A stretch of 64,000 nucleotides of DNA, from the NCBI GenBank assembly GCA_963845755.1, contig CAWJTV010000036.1:384001-448000 (forward strand), in the 5' to 3' direction. This DNA is from an uncultured Planctomycetota bacterium. Lineage in GTDB: Bacteria > Planctomycetota > Planctomycetia > Isosphaerales > Isosphaeraceae. The notes under the pieces are model-generated. The model had not been told where the DNA came from. It made no database searches and was given only the letters and a program-made list of their open reading frames with translations. The position numbers and the translations under genes were made by a program. The number at the start of each line of letters is the position of its first letter. Positions within the stretch are counted from its first letter, which is position 1. This document shows, piece after piece, positions 1 through 12,400 of this stretch.

Positions 1-783
1 CGTGTCGAGCCAGGCGCTCCGCCGTGCTCTCCGCGACCAACTGGGCGTGCTGGGGCACAGCCTGTCTGAAGGTCAGGCCGCCAAGGAGAAGAAGGGGGCG
101 GCCATCACGAAATGCCTCCCCGCCGAGTATCTTGATGACGACCTGTTCGGGTTCATGGACGCCTCCAAAGGAGGGACGCACAAGCGCACCAGTCCCGTGC
201 GCGTCTCGCCACTCCTGGCACTGGATGCTTACGAGGGCGATCTCGATTTCGGGACCAACTACATGGGCGTGGATACGGGAGGGACTCCCAACATCTTCGA
301 GACCGAGATTCACGGCGGCCTGTACCGGGGAACGTTGCTCATCGAGTTGGATGCCGTGGGCAATTCGCGGATCGGCGAGGGGATCTCGGCAACGGAGATT
401 AGCAAGCCCTGGGATGTCCCGGCGGCCGAGAAATACCGACGTGTCGCCGCCTTGCTCTCCTCGTTGCAGCATCTCTGGTCGAGTGGTCGGCAATCGCGGT
501 TTCTGGCCGACATCAGCCCGAAATTCGTCGCGGCGGCAGTGCTGACTGCCAAGGTCCCCCTCTTCTTGGAATCCGTCACCGTCCGCCGGGAGGGAACCAC
601 GCCGAGGCCAGTATCGACGTCGCGCCTCTGACCGAATCGCTCCAGGATGCGAAGGAAATCAAAGTCGCTCATTGTTTCGGGGTGCGTTCCGGGCTGTTCC
701 GCCAGGTCCCCGAGGGCTGTTTGACGATCGGCCAGGCGTTCGAAACGGCCCACGGCTGGGTCAAGGACCACTACGGAGCATGA
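1..783 (+). CDS. cas7: Cas7 (Cst2/DevR-like, type I-B), 5'-partial, one frameshift near 610
   Basis: Motifs SSQALRRALRD, DDDLFGFM, KRTSPVRVS, PNIFETEIH; continues in another frame to ...GWVKDHYGA-stop (781-783), immediately before cas5. Confidence 0.85.
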
Positions 784-786
784 CCC

Positions 787-1657
787 ATGTCTGTCGTCAT
801 TATCGAGGCAGCGGCCCCGGTGGGGAGTTGGCGCCTGCCGGAGGCCCTGACGTATCACCGGACGTTGCCCCTGCCGCCTTACACGAGCCTGGTCGGCATG
901 CTAGGGGCAGCTCTCGGACTGGGCTTGCCCGACGCCTATCGCTTCATCGCGGAGCGTGGCCTCCGGCTCGGTGTTGGGGGCTGGCACGAGGGGAGGATGC
1001 GCGACCTCTGGAAGTTTCAGAAGCTCGGCGACAAAGAGGTGAAAACCGACGTGCTCTTGCGCGAGTGCTGCACCGACGTCGCCTGGCACTCGTGGTCGAA
1101 ACGGCCGATCAGGCAACGGCCGGGACTGTCGCCGATGCCTTCCGCGCCCCGGCCTATCCTCTGACCGCCGGGCCAAACGACGCCTTGTTAAAAGCCGTTG
1201 CAGTCCGAGTCGAGGACGCCGAGCCCGTCGCCGCCCGTGTTTTGGCTCACGTCCTGGTCTTTCGCGAGATCAGTCCCCAATACGAGCTTTACGAGTCGCT
1301 CCAGGACATCCCGTTCCATCGGACGATCCGCGCGCCAGCGATCGAACGGCTTCCGATCGGGTTCGCGTTCGAGCCGGATGGGCGCCGGCAACTCCTGGGC
1401 GAGGCCTTGTTTCCTTCGTGGCAGATGCGATCACACTGGCGGAGGATGACGAGTCGATCGTGGGCTATCGCGTGGAACCACAGTCCCAGATCCTCCGCCG
1501 CAGCCAGACATTCTCCACCTGGAAGGACGGATTCTCGTGGACCATTCCAGTGCATCGTTACGACTCGACCCCAACGCAGGAGGAAAACTCCTCGACAACG
1601 CCATCGCCAAGCGGAAAGACGAGGGGCAAGAAGAACAGTCCTACCGAACGCACGTGA
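787..1657 (+). CDS. cas5: Cas5, split over three frames
   Basis: N-terminus GSWRLPEALTYHRTLPLPPYTSLVGMLGAALG matches the Cas5 signature; lies between cas7 and cas3. Confidence 0.85.
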
Positions 1658-4020
1658 CAGCGGTTTACGAAGCCTGGTGCGGCCTGATCGTTGAGCACCG
1701 CGCACTGATCGATCGCATCGCCAGGCGGCACGGGCTGACGACCGAACGTCTGCTGCAATCATCGCTCCTCTGTGTGGCTCTTCATGACGTGGGGAAGCTG
1801 ACGGCCAACTTTCAGCGCATGATGAGGGCCGTCGGTGACAAGGCGTATCGGGATGCCCAAAACCGCAACTACCGCCATGAGATCGCCTCGCTCTGGTTTG
1901 TCGAGGTGACGGCCCAATCCTTGGCCAAGTCTTACGGCTCGATTCCCGGAGGGGGCTACCTGGAAGTCCTTGCCGTCGCGGGACATCATAAATTTCTCGC
2001 CGATGATTATTTGTTCAACGAAGGAAAGTTCCAGAATCCCATTGACTGGGAACCTGATACTTTCAGCGCGGTCAAGGCCGCCTATGGGCTTGCAAAGGAG
2101 ATGTTCCAGGTTCGAGGCTGGGCGCTTCGGCTCAAGGTCGATCCCTGCGAACTCGAACGGATGCTCAGTAATCGCGATGGGACATCCAATCATCCCTTTG
2201 ACCGGATGAAGGAAGCGAAGAATGCGCTCGCCCGCGCACCCGGGCCGGAGAAGGCCAGCTATCGCGATCTGTTCATCCTGCTCAAAGGGTTGCTGATGAC
2301 CGCCGACTGGATGGCGAGCGGTCAGCAAGGGCCCCGTGTCGAGATGGAGGCATCCCGGCACTTCCTCCATATCGACCCTGCCAAGCTCCTCGATCATGTG
2401 AAGACCAAGGTTGAGACGGACCGGCGAGACGCGGTGACGAGACGCCATTCGAGGGCTATCGTCCGTTCCAGGGACAGTGCGGCGAAGCGGAAGGTCACGT
2501 GCTGGCGATCGCGCCGACCGGCAGTGGCAAGACCGAGGCCGCTTGCCTCTGGGCTTTGCGCCAGGCTGAACGGGGCATGCTCGGAAACTCTTCTTCCTCT
2601 TGCCGACAATGGTCACTGCTAACAGCGTACATAGGCGATTGCGAAGTTCTTCACGGAGAAGCACAGGCACGAAGTCGGGCTGGTCCACTCAACGGCCGAG
2701 TTGATCAATAATAGAATGGAAGGAAACGAAGCCGACCGCTCAATAGTCCGTCGCAACTCGCTCTGGGAGCCCCATTTCTTTCCGCCCGTAGTGGTGGGGA
2801 CGGTCGATCAGCTCCTCGTCACTCTGTTCCACGCGGGACGATGGGCCATGAAAACCCTGGCCGCCGCCGACGCCGCCATCGTCATCGACGAAGTTCACGC
2901 TTATGAGTCTCATACTGCCGGACTGTTGATCTTGCTGATCGAGCAGCTTCGTGATCTCGGGCGCGCTTTCTGGTCATGAGCGCCACGATGCCGACCGATC
3001 TTCAGACGACGATCCGAAAGGCCCTGGAAGGGATACCGGGCCTTCATCGTTAAGGTCTCGGTCGTCAAGGATGAGACTTATACCGACTCCGCCCGAAACA
3101 ACTGGAGCGTCTGCGATACTCCTTTGACCGAGTGGCTAACGACCAAGAACCGCCAGGGAATACCCGTCCCCCCAAGCCGTTCCGTAAATTGTGGGGAGAA
3201 ACAAGAGAGGATGGGAAACCGATCAACATTTTGATCGTCGTCAACACCGTCGGCGCTGCCAGGAGCTAGCCAAAGCTCTGCAAAAGTATCACCCCGTATG
3301 TTACCACTCGAAGTTCATCTTTCTGGACCGTTACCAGAAGGAACGACAAATCCAAAAGGATAAACCACGCCTGCTCATCGCCACGCAGGTTGTGGAGGTT
3401 TCTCTCGACCTCGACTACGACGTGATGCTCACCGAGTGCGCCGCGTTCGACGCCCTCGCGCAGGCCGCCGGTCGGTCAACCGATCCCGGCGTGAGCCAGG
3501 GCGGATCGTGGTCCACCCTCCCGAGCAGGGTAGCGAGAAGGTTTACGACTTTCCGTCCGGTGTCCTGGAAACGTCATGGCGACTCTGCTGCGAGAACCAG
3601 GGCCGGCTGACCGAGGGCGACCTGATCAGGCTCACGGAGGAAGCCTATGCCGGCTTCGTGTTGACCGAAGACCGGGCGTTCGCCGACATCCAGCCCGCGC
3701 GCGTTCGAGCAGCAGCGACGGCTTGCTGGCGTGATGGACAACCCGCGTCCCGATGAGCAGGCGCTCAAGACACGGCTGGAAACTACCCGCAGATCAGCGT
3801 GATTCCCGAGCCTTTGTACGAGGAGGTCATGCGGCAGCCAGATTCCACGAAACGGCGAATGTACGAACTCAAGATGCCAGTCTGGTATGCACGTACGCAC
3901 AAATTCAAAGGCGAGAATCCCGACGACCTTCCTATCTGCCTGATGGAATATGATTCGCGATACGGCGGACGGTTCTCCGCGGTCCCGAACCATCCCGAAC
4001 CAGGCCACGAAATCTATTGA
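1537..4020 (+). CDS. cas3: Cas3 HD nuclease-helicase, several frameshifts
   Basis: HD motif ALHDVGK, GHH, LMTADW; Walker A APTGSGKT; DEVH; YHSKF; IATQVVEVSLDLDYD across consecutive ORF pieces. Start codon uncertain. Confidence 0.9.
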
Positions 4021-4029
4021 GGTGACACG

Positions 4030-5296
4030 ATGCAACTCCTCCTCAACACCTTCGGCGCGAGCCTGCGCAAGAAGGACAACATGTTCCTGGTCCGGGCGGG
4101 GGAGCGGCAGGCGTTGATCTCGCCGCGGAAGGTGCAGTCGATCGTGCTGACGACCGGCGTGCATCTCTCGACCGACGCGATCCGGCTGGCGCTGGAGCAC
4201 CATATCGACATCGCGCTCCTGGACAAGTTCGGCGAGCCGTACGGGCGGTTCTGGCATACCCGGCTGGGCTCGACCAACCGGCTGCGGCGCCGGCTGCTCG
4301 AGATCGCCGAGACCGAGGAGGGCGTCGTGCTGGCCGGCGAATGGGTCCAGGCCAAGATCGGCCACCAGGCCGGGCTTGCTCCGCGAGCTGGCGCGGACCC
4401 GTCCCGACCGGGCCGACGAGCTGGAAGCCGTCGCCGGGCGGCTCGACAAGATGGCCGACATCGTCGCCGGGCTCAAGGGGGCCGCGATCGACGAGCTCCG
4501 CGGCTCGCTCATGGGGCTGGAAGGCGTCGCCGGCCGCGAGTATTTCGCCGCGCTCAGCCTCGCACTCCCCGAGCGATTCCGCTTCCAGGGCCGCAGCCGG
4601 TCGCCCGCCAAGGACGAGTTCAATAGCCTGATCAACTACGCCTACGGCGTCCTCTATTCCCTCGTCGAACGGGCCTGCCTCCTCTGCGGGCTCGACCCGT
4701 GCATCGGCCTGATGCACACCGACAATTACAACAAACCCTCGCTCGTCTACGACCTGATCGAGTTCCATCGCGTGCATGCCGAGCGCGTGGTCGTCAACCT
4801 GTTCGCGGCGCGGAAGGTCAAGCCGGAGCTGTTCGACCAGGTTGACGGCGGCTTCCGGCTCAACGCCGACGGCCGCGCCCTGCTCCTCAACGCCCTCAAC
4901 GAGTACCTCGATCGGATGAAGCACCACGGGCGCCGGCGGCTGAAGATCCGCGACACGATCGTTTACGAATGCCAGCGCCTGGCGGGCCGATTACTGCGCG
5001 GGCTGGACGACGATCAGGACGTGGACCTGAGCGTGTTCGACCTGGCGGCGGAGCTGGGAGGTGAGTCGTCGGTCGCCCCGTCACTTCGTGCCGGAAGGCG
5101 GGCCCACGGAGAACGCGGTCGCGTCGACCCGGCCGCGGTGGACGAGGAGCCGGCGATCGCGAGGGCGATCCGGCGCGTCGGCACGATGCTCGGAAGCCCC
5201 CGCGGGCCGGTTGCCGGCACCAACGGTCAGGCGTCCCGGCCCCCGTCCGGATCCGAGGAAGGAGGCGACGGCGATGTTGACCTGGGTGATGTATGA
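4030..5296 (+). CDS. cas1: Cas1 integrase, frameshift near 4375, low-complexity C-terminal extension
   Basis: MQLLLNTFGASL..., LMGLEGVAGREYF, FNSLINYAYGVLY, LDPCIGLMH, SLVYDLIEFHR. Confidence 0.93.
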
Positions 5297-5565
5297 CATC
5301 GTCGCGGATCGGACGCGGGACAAGGCGGCCAAGGCGTGCCTCCAGGCGGGACTGTACCGCGTGCAGAAGAGCGTGTTCCTGGGCACGCTGGCCGAGAACG
5401 AGCGCGACGAGCTGGGAATCCGGCTGGAAGGGCTGATCGACGCGGACTGCGATTCGGTCTACATCTTCCCCATGTGCCGGCCGGATTTCTCCAAGGTGAA
5501 CCTGCTGGGTCAGGCGTTCGACGAGAAAATGGTCTGCGACGAGGTGCGTGCGCTTCTTGATCTGA
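5274..5565 (+). CDS. cas2: Cas2; the natural stop is apparently displaced by a 1-bp indel
   Basis: MLTWVMYDI...LYRVQKSVFLG...DSVYIFPMC; RBS GGAGG upstream; TGA at 5563-5565 is one base out of frame. Confidence 0.9.
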
Positions 5566-5643
5566 CACGGATTTCGGCCGTCAGCCGAGCTTTGAGATCG
5601 GCAATATGGCGCCGGGAATCGATCCGGATGAGGAGTCGCTACG

Positions 5644-6238
5644 ATGGATCTCGATTTCCACGAGGTATTGCTGACGCCCAGCGACTTGCTGGAACATTGG
5701 TTCTGCGGGCGGTTCACGTACTTCGAGCGGCACCTGGCGCTGCCGGAGTTCCAGGAGCGGCGGGAGAAGGTCCGGCGGGGTCGAGCGCTGCACGCGGTCC
5801 GCGAGGCGACCAATCGCGCCTACCTGAGGAAACGGCTCGGCGTGGTCGAGAAGCGGATCGACGTGAGCCTGATCAGCCGCCGGCACCATCTCCGCGGGCG
5901 GCTCGACGAGGTGCTCTTCTTCGACGACGGGACGGCCGGTCCGCTGGACTACAAGTTCGCGAAGGACCCCGGCCGGATCTACACGACCCTGCGGCTCCAA
6001 TCGGCGATCTACGCGCTGCTGATCCGGGAAAACTTCCGGGTCCCGGTTCGCCGCGGGATTTCTCGTCTACACCCGCAGCCAGAACCGCGTGGTCGAGATC
6101 ACGTATCAGCCGGAGGACTTCCGGAGGATCGGCCGAGCCGTGCAAGAGATCCTCGATGTCATCCATCGAGGCAAGCTCCCACGACGGGCACCGCCCTCCC
6201 ATTGCGTCGATTGCTGCTACCGATTTATTTGCGTCTGA
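5644..6238 (+). CDS. cas4: Cas4, frameshift near 6060
   Basis: TPSDLLEHWFCGR, GRLDEV...LDYK, QSAIYA, and C-terminal CVDCCYRFIC (Fe-S cysteines). Confidence 0.9.
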
Positions 6239-6412
6239 GACCGTCTCTTCCTCAAACCAGATGCGCGACCATGATGTTACAACGCGATCTGCCATGCAGG
6301 CCAGGCGGGAAAATGCGCCGCTGAGGCCATTTCCGTCGCGATCGGTCCCTTTTTCGTGCCCGAGTACTTGCGGCCTAACTCGAGGTATATTATAACTTAG
6401 GGGACCAGAGCG
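6239..6412 (+). promoter_or_regulatory. CRISPR leader
   Basis: Non-coding gap between cas4 and the first repeat with an AT-rich box (GGTATATTATAACTTAG); degenerate repeats lie at the far end of the array. Confidence 0.7.
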
Positions 6413-9400
6413 GTTGACGCGACCGATCCACCACAACAAGGATTGAAACATGACGCAGCCGTCTGCATGGCCTGCGATCGAGCGCCGATCCAGCTACAAG
6501 GTTGACGCGATCCGATCCACCGCAACAAGGATTGAAACCGATCCACGCAACAAGGATTGAACCGCGTTGCTGAGCGACTCGCGGCGCAGTGTTGACGGGA
6601 CCGATCCACCACAACAAGGATTGAAACATCCGATGCAGTCGCCGCGATCGCGGCGAGCGTCGCGTTGACGGGACCGATCCACCACAACAAGGATTGAAAC
6701 TCCGGATGCCGTCGAGCGTCGTCGATGGCAGATCGTTGACGGGACCGATCCACCACAACAAGGATTGAAACACGCAGTGCGGCTGGCGTGGGGTACCGGA
6801 CGGCGCGTTGACGGGACCGATCCACCACAACAAGGATTGAAACACCGGCAGCTCGCCGAGCCGCCGCGATCGCCGCGTTGACGCGACCGATCCACCACAA
6901 CAAGGATTGAAACCTCGATGCCGGCCGCGGCGGACGCTGCATCGCCGGGCCGTGTTGACGCGACCGATCCACCACAACAAGGATTGAAACGCGCGACCGT
7001 CGATCGGCCGGTCGCGGCAGTCACCGCGTTGACGCGACCGATCCACCACAACAAGGATTGAAACATCGCTTGGTCGTCGAACGGCTTCGACCGTGTCCAG
7101 CTGTTGACGCGACCGATCCACCACAACAAGGATTGAAACACGCGGAGCATGACGTTGCACGGTCGGAGCTCCGGATCGTGGTTGACGCGACCGATCCACC
7201 ACAACAAGGATTGAAACCACGGCAGTCGCCAGCCGGTGCTGCCGGTGACGAACGCGTTGACGCGACCGATCCACCACAACAAGGATTGAAACCGAGTCGT
7301 CGGCGGTGCTCGCGGTCGGCCGATCGAGTTGACGCGACCAATCCACCACAACAAGGATTGAAACCCAGGATGCGACCGCCGGCGCTTCCGGATTCGGCTC
7401 GGTTGACGCGACCAATCCACCACAACAAGGATTGAAACCTGACGCCGGCATCTGCACCGGTGCAGGTCATCGCGGTTGACGCGACCAATCCACCACAACA
7501 AGGATTGAAACATCACGCCGTCACGCGATGGCACGCGGCGTAGCCGATGTTGACGCGACCGATCCACCACAACAAGGATTGAAACCTGACGACCGGCTCA
7601 TCGCCTGGCAGGTCGATCGAGTTGACGCGACCAATCCACCACAACAAGGATTGAAACATGTCGGCCTCGACGCGATCGGCACTGACCGTGCAGCCCGGTT
7701 GACGCGACCAATCCACCACAACAAGGATTGAAACTCGAACTGCGTCGGCATCGAGTGCATCCCGGACCGCGGCGGTTGACGCGACCAATCCACCACAACA
7801 AGGATTGAAACTCGCCGTCGGCCGATCGCACGATGACGACTCGATCGTCGTTGACGCGACCAATCCACCACAACAAGGATTGAAACTGTACCCGGCTCTG
7901 GACGACTGACGCCTCGACGATCCCGTTGACGCGACCGATCCACCACAACAAGGATTGAAACAGCGCCTTCGAGATGCGTTCGACACGCGCCGATCGCCGT
8001 GTTGACGCGACCAATCCACCACAACAAGGATTGAAACACGCACGTCAGCGTCAGGCCGATCGGTATCGCACGGCGTTGACGCGACCAATCCACCACAACA
8101 AGGATTGAAACCGAATCCGGGACCACCTCTCGTGGTCCGAGGCATCGCGAGTTGACGCGACCAATCCACCACAACAAGGATTGAAACCGGCGGATCGAGC
8201 GGCCGGATCAGCCGATCCCGGTGCGCGTTGACGCGACCAATCCACCACAACAAGGATTGAAACATCGATGAGGCTCGTCCAGCCTGGACACCGGCTGTTG
8301 ACGCGACCAATCCACCACAACAAGGATTGAAACCCAGACTGCGCATGCAGGCTGGATGCCGGACCCGGTTGACGCGACCAATCCACCACAACAAGGATTG
8401 AAACCTCGAGCCGCGATCAGCTCCACGACGACGTCGCCGTTGACGCGACCAATCCACCACAACAAGGATTGAAACCTGGCGGTTCGATCCCTGGATCTTC
8501 GGCACGCCTGTTGACGCGACCAATCCACCACAACAAGGATTGAAACATGGTCGCAGCTCCGGCGTCGCGTGCGACCTGACGCGTTGACGCGACCAATCCA
8601 CCACAACAAGGATTGAAACCCGTGATCACGCGGCCGAATGGTCAGCGCCGAGGGTTGACGCGACCAATCCACCACAACAAGGATTGAAACTCCAGGAGCA
8701 CGAGCGACCGTCCGGATGCTGGTCCGCGTTGACGCGACCAATCCACCACAACAAGGATTGAAACACCTCGACGGCCTGGTCACAGCTTGACGCATCGATC
8801 GGGTTGACGCGACCAATCCACCACAACAAGGATTGAAACACGACCTCCTCTGGTCCATGGACCGACGATGCGTCGTTGACGCGACCAATCCACCACAACA
8901 AGGATTGAAACACTCGGCCAGCTACGCTCCGGCGTCACGGACACGCTGTTGACGCGACCAATCCACCACAACAAGGATTGAAACAACGGCTCGGATCACC
9001 GGGTCGGCATCCGCCAGCTCAGTTGACGCGACCAATCCACCACAACAAGGATTGAAACGTCGGCTGCGTGCATTGGTCGCGTCGGCGGTCGCCATGTTGA
9101 CGCGACCAATCCACCACAACAAGGATTGAAACCGGACACCTCCGGCAGCATGAAGGGCGAGCGGATCAGTTGACGCGACCAATCCACCACAACAAGGATT
9201 GAAACACGGTCGCGATCTGGCTATCGCCCGCGTAATCGACGGTTGACGCGACCAATCCACCACAACAAGGATTGAAACTCGTCACGCCGCCTGGTGGCAT
9301 CTGCACGCGACATATGTTGACGCGACCAATCCACCACAACAAGGATTGAAACCGGACAGCTTAGCACTACTCTCGTCGCGGCTGCCTGGTTGACGCGACC

Positions 9401-12400
9401 AATCCACCACAACAAGGATTGAAACCGATCCAGGATGGCTCGGAGCGATGTCGCGACCGACCGTTGACGCGACCAATCCACCACAACAAGGATTGAAACA
9501 GCGTGGATAGCACGCGGCCCACCCGCGATTTTTCGTACGTTGACGCGACCAATCCACCACAACAAGGATTGAAACTGGCTCCGTCGATCTCGACTTCGGC
9601 GATGGTCTTCCTCGTTGACGCGACCAATCCACCACAACAAGGATTGAAACAGAGCGTCCACGGAACCCGTCGGGGTCCGGGCTCTCGCGTTGACGCGACC
9701 AATCCACCACAACAAGGATTGAAACACTTGTCCGTCGCATCTCTCTTCGTCGGCCGACCGAGGTTGACGCGACCAATCCACCACAACAAGGATTGAAACC
9801 CCTCGTCGGGGCGGAACCGCTCGACGGTCACCCAGTTGACGCGACCAATCCACCACAACAAGGATTGAAACTCGATAATACGCGATCGTCCGCCGGGCGG
9901 CGAGAAAGTTGACGCGACCAATCCACCACAACAAGGATTGAAACTGGACGAGGTTCGGATAGGCGAACGTCGCGCTCTCGGGTTGACGCGACCAATCCAC
10001 CACAACAAGGATTGAAACGCCACCGACTCCGGTGCAACTCTACGACCATCGGTTGACGCGACCAATCCACCACAACAAGGATTGAAACCTCGACCGGCGC
10101 ATGCTGATCGTTCGGGACGGGCGAGTTGACGCGACCAATCCACCACAACAAGGATTGAAACATGCTGATCGTCAAAACACGTCACTGGTATCGGAGCGTT
10201 GACGCGACCAATCCACCACAACAAGGATTGAAACACGGTCTACTCGGGCTCGCTCACCGGAGGCAGCTCGCCGTTGACGCGACCAATCCACCACAACAAG
10301 GATTGAAACGGTGGGCAGCCATGGCCGTCGTTGGGGTCGATCCCCAGTTGACGCGACCAATCCACCACAACAAGGATTGAAACCGGGAACCGATAGGCAC
10401 CCTCGAAATCACAGCCGCCGAGTTGACGCGACCAATCCACCACAACAAGGATTGAAACAGCGTGTACGCCATCGGCAAATCCTCCGACTTTGTGGCGTTG
10501 ACGCGACCAATCCACCACAACAAGGATTGAAACCCTCGCAACCACCGAGCTCACGGGGAGCGACGGGACGGCGTTGACGCGACCAATCCACCACAACAAG
10601 GATTGAAACGGTTCGGGAAGCGGACAATGCTCGGAACGGCTTCCCACGTTGACGCGACCAATCCACCACAACAAGGATTGAAACCCATCGGCCTGTATCA
10701 CGGCGTGCTGATCGTGAAGGTTGACGCGACCAATCCACCACAACAAGGATTGAAACCCCGAGTGAGACTCCGGTTTCTCGGCCGGGATATGCAGTTGACG
10801 CGACCAATCCACCACAACAAGGATTGAAACAGGTATCCCGATGTCCTACCTCATCCGACTCGCTGATGTTGACGCGACCAATCCACCACAACAAGGATTG
10901 AAACACACTGATCGGGCAGCCTTGCGGTGCGAATTTCTCTCGTTGACGCGACCAATCCACCACAACAAGGATTGAAACCCGGTGAAGGTGCGTGGTGAGG
11001 CTGGTCGTGATGGTGGTGTTGACGCGACCAATCCACCACAACAAGGATTGAAACTTGCGGCTCTTAACATCGCACTGCCGTAGCTCCATGTTGACGCGAC
11101 CAATCCACCACAACAAGGATTGAAACCCTTCATCACGGACACGGGCTGGCCAAAGCGAATGGCAGTTGACGCGACCAATCCACCACAACAAGGATTGAAA
11201 CACAAGTCTTGCCGCGACGATATGAGCGTCACGAAGCGGTTGACGCGACCAATCCACCACAACAAGGATTGAAACCCGGATCGCGTTTTCGACGGCATCT
11301 AATCGAGTGAGTGTTGACGCGACCAATCCACCACAACAAGGATTGAAACAAGACCTGGTTCACCACTAGGCGCATCGCATTTGCTGTTGACGCGACCAAT
11401 CCACCACAACAAGGATTGAAACATTGAGCCGGTCGATCGTGTGGCGCGACGGACGACGATGTTGACGCGACCAATCCACCACAACAAGGATTGAAACCTC
11501 GCGCATCGCCGGGCTCCCGCCGGTCACGACCATGGTGTTGACGCGACCAATCCACCACAACAAGGATTGAAACGTGTCCCTGCACTTCGTCCCGGCCCTC
11601 GAGCGACCGGTTGACGCGACCAATCCACCACAACAAGGATTGAAACCGGTGCGTAGTGCGATCGTCCCGAGCGTGCAATCGGGCGTTGACGCGACCAATC
11701 CACCACAACAAGGATTGAAACCTCGAATACCTGGAAGCTGGCCAGCCGCGCCCGGCCGGTTGACGCGACCAATCCACCACAACAAGGATTGAAACCCGGC
11801 TGCGAAGCTGGTGGGCCATGAATCATTGACCGTTGACGCGACCAATCCACCACAACAAGGATTGAAACAGAAGTGGCACCATCGGAGCAGCCGCGAGATC
11901 GCCACGTAGTTGACGCGACCAATCCACCACAACAAGGATTGAAACCCATCCTTCGAGGCCACGTCGGCAGAGCATGCCTGTGTTGACGCGACCAATCCAC
12001 CACAACAAGGATTGAAACAACATCCTGAACGCCGACAACGTCGAGAAGCGCAATCGTGTTGACGCGACCAATCCACCACAACAAGGATTGAAACGCGGTA
12101 TCCCATCGACGCAATGAGCAGCGTGAAGCCATGTTGACGCGACCAATCCACCACAACAAGGATTGAAACTCGACCGACGGCGGAGCCGGTGCAGGTGCAG
12201 GCGTGTCGTTGACGCGACCAATCCACCACAACAAGGATTGAAACGCTTCAGAAGCGGTATCGGGTTCCTCGCTAATGCCTGGGTTGACGCGACCAATCCA
12301 CCACAACAAGGATTGAAACTAGATCGCTGCCGAGATGCCCGACCCCGCCACCGCGTTGACGCGACCAATCCACCACAACAAGGATTGAAACATGCCGTCG

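Noticed and set aside
1..6238. Cas operon as a set of pseudogenes
   Set aside because: Similar single-base frameshifts occur in many unrelated genes in the window while catalytic motifs are intact, so sequencing error is more likely; short reads would settle it.
5061..6395. 444-aa ORF suggesting a large Cas2 fusion
   Set aside because: Cas2 occupies only 5274-5565; the rest is read-through overlapping cas1 and cas4 out of frame.
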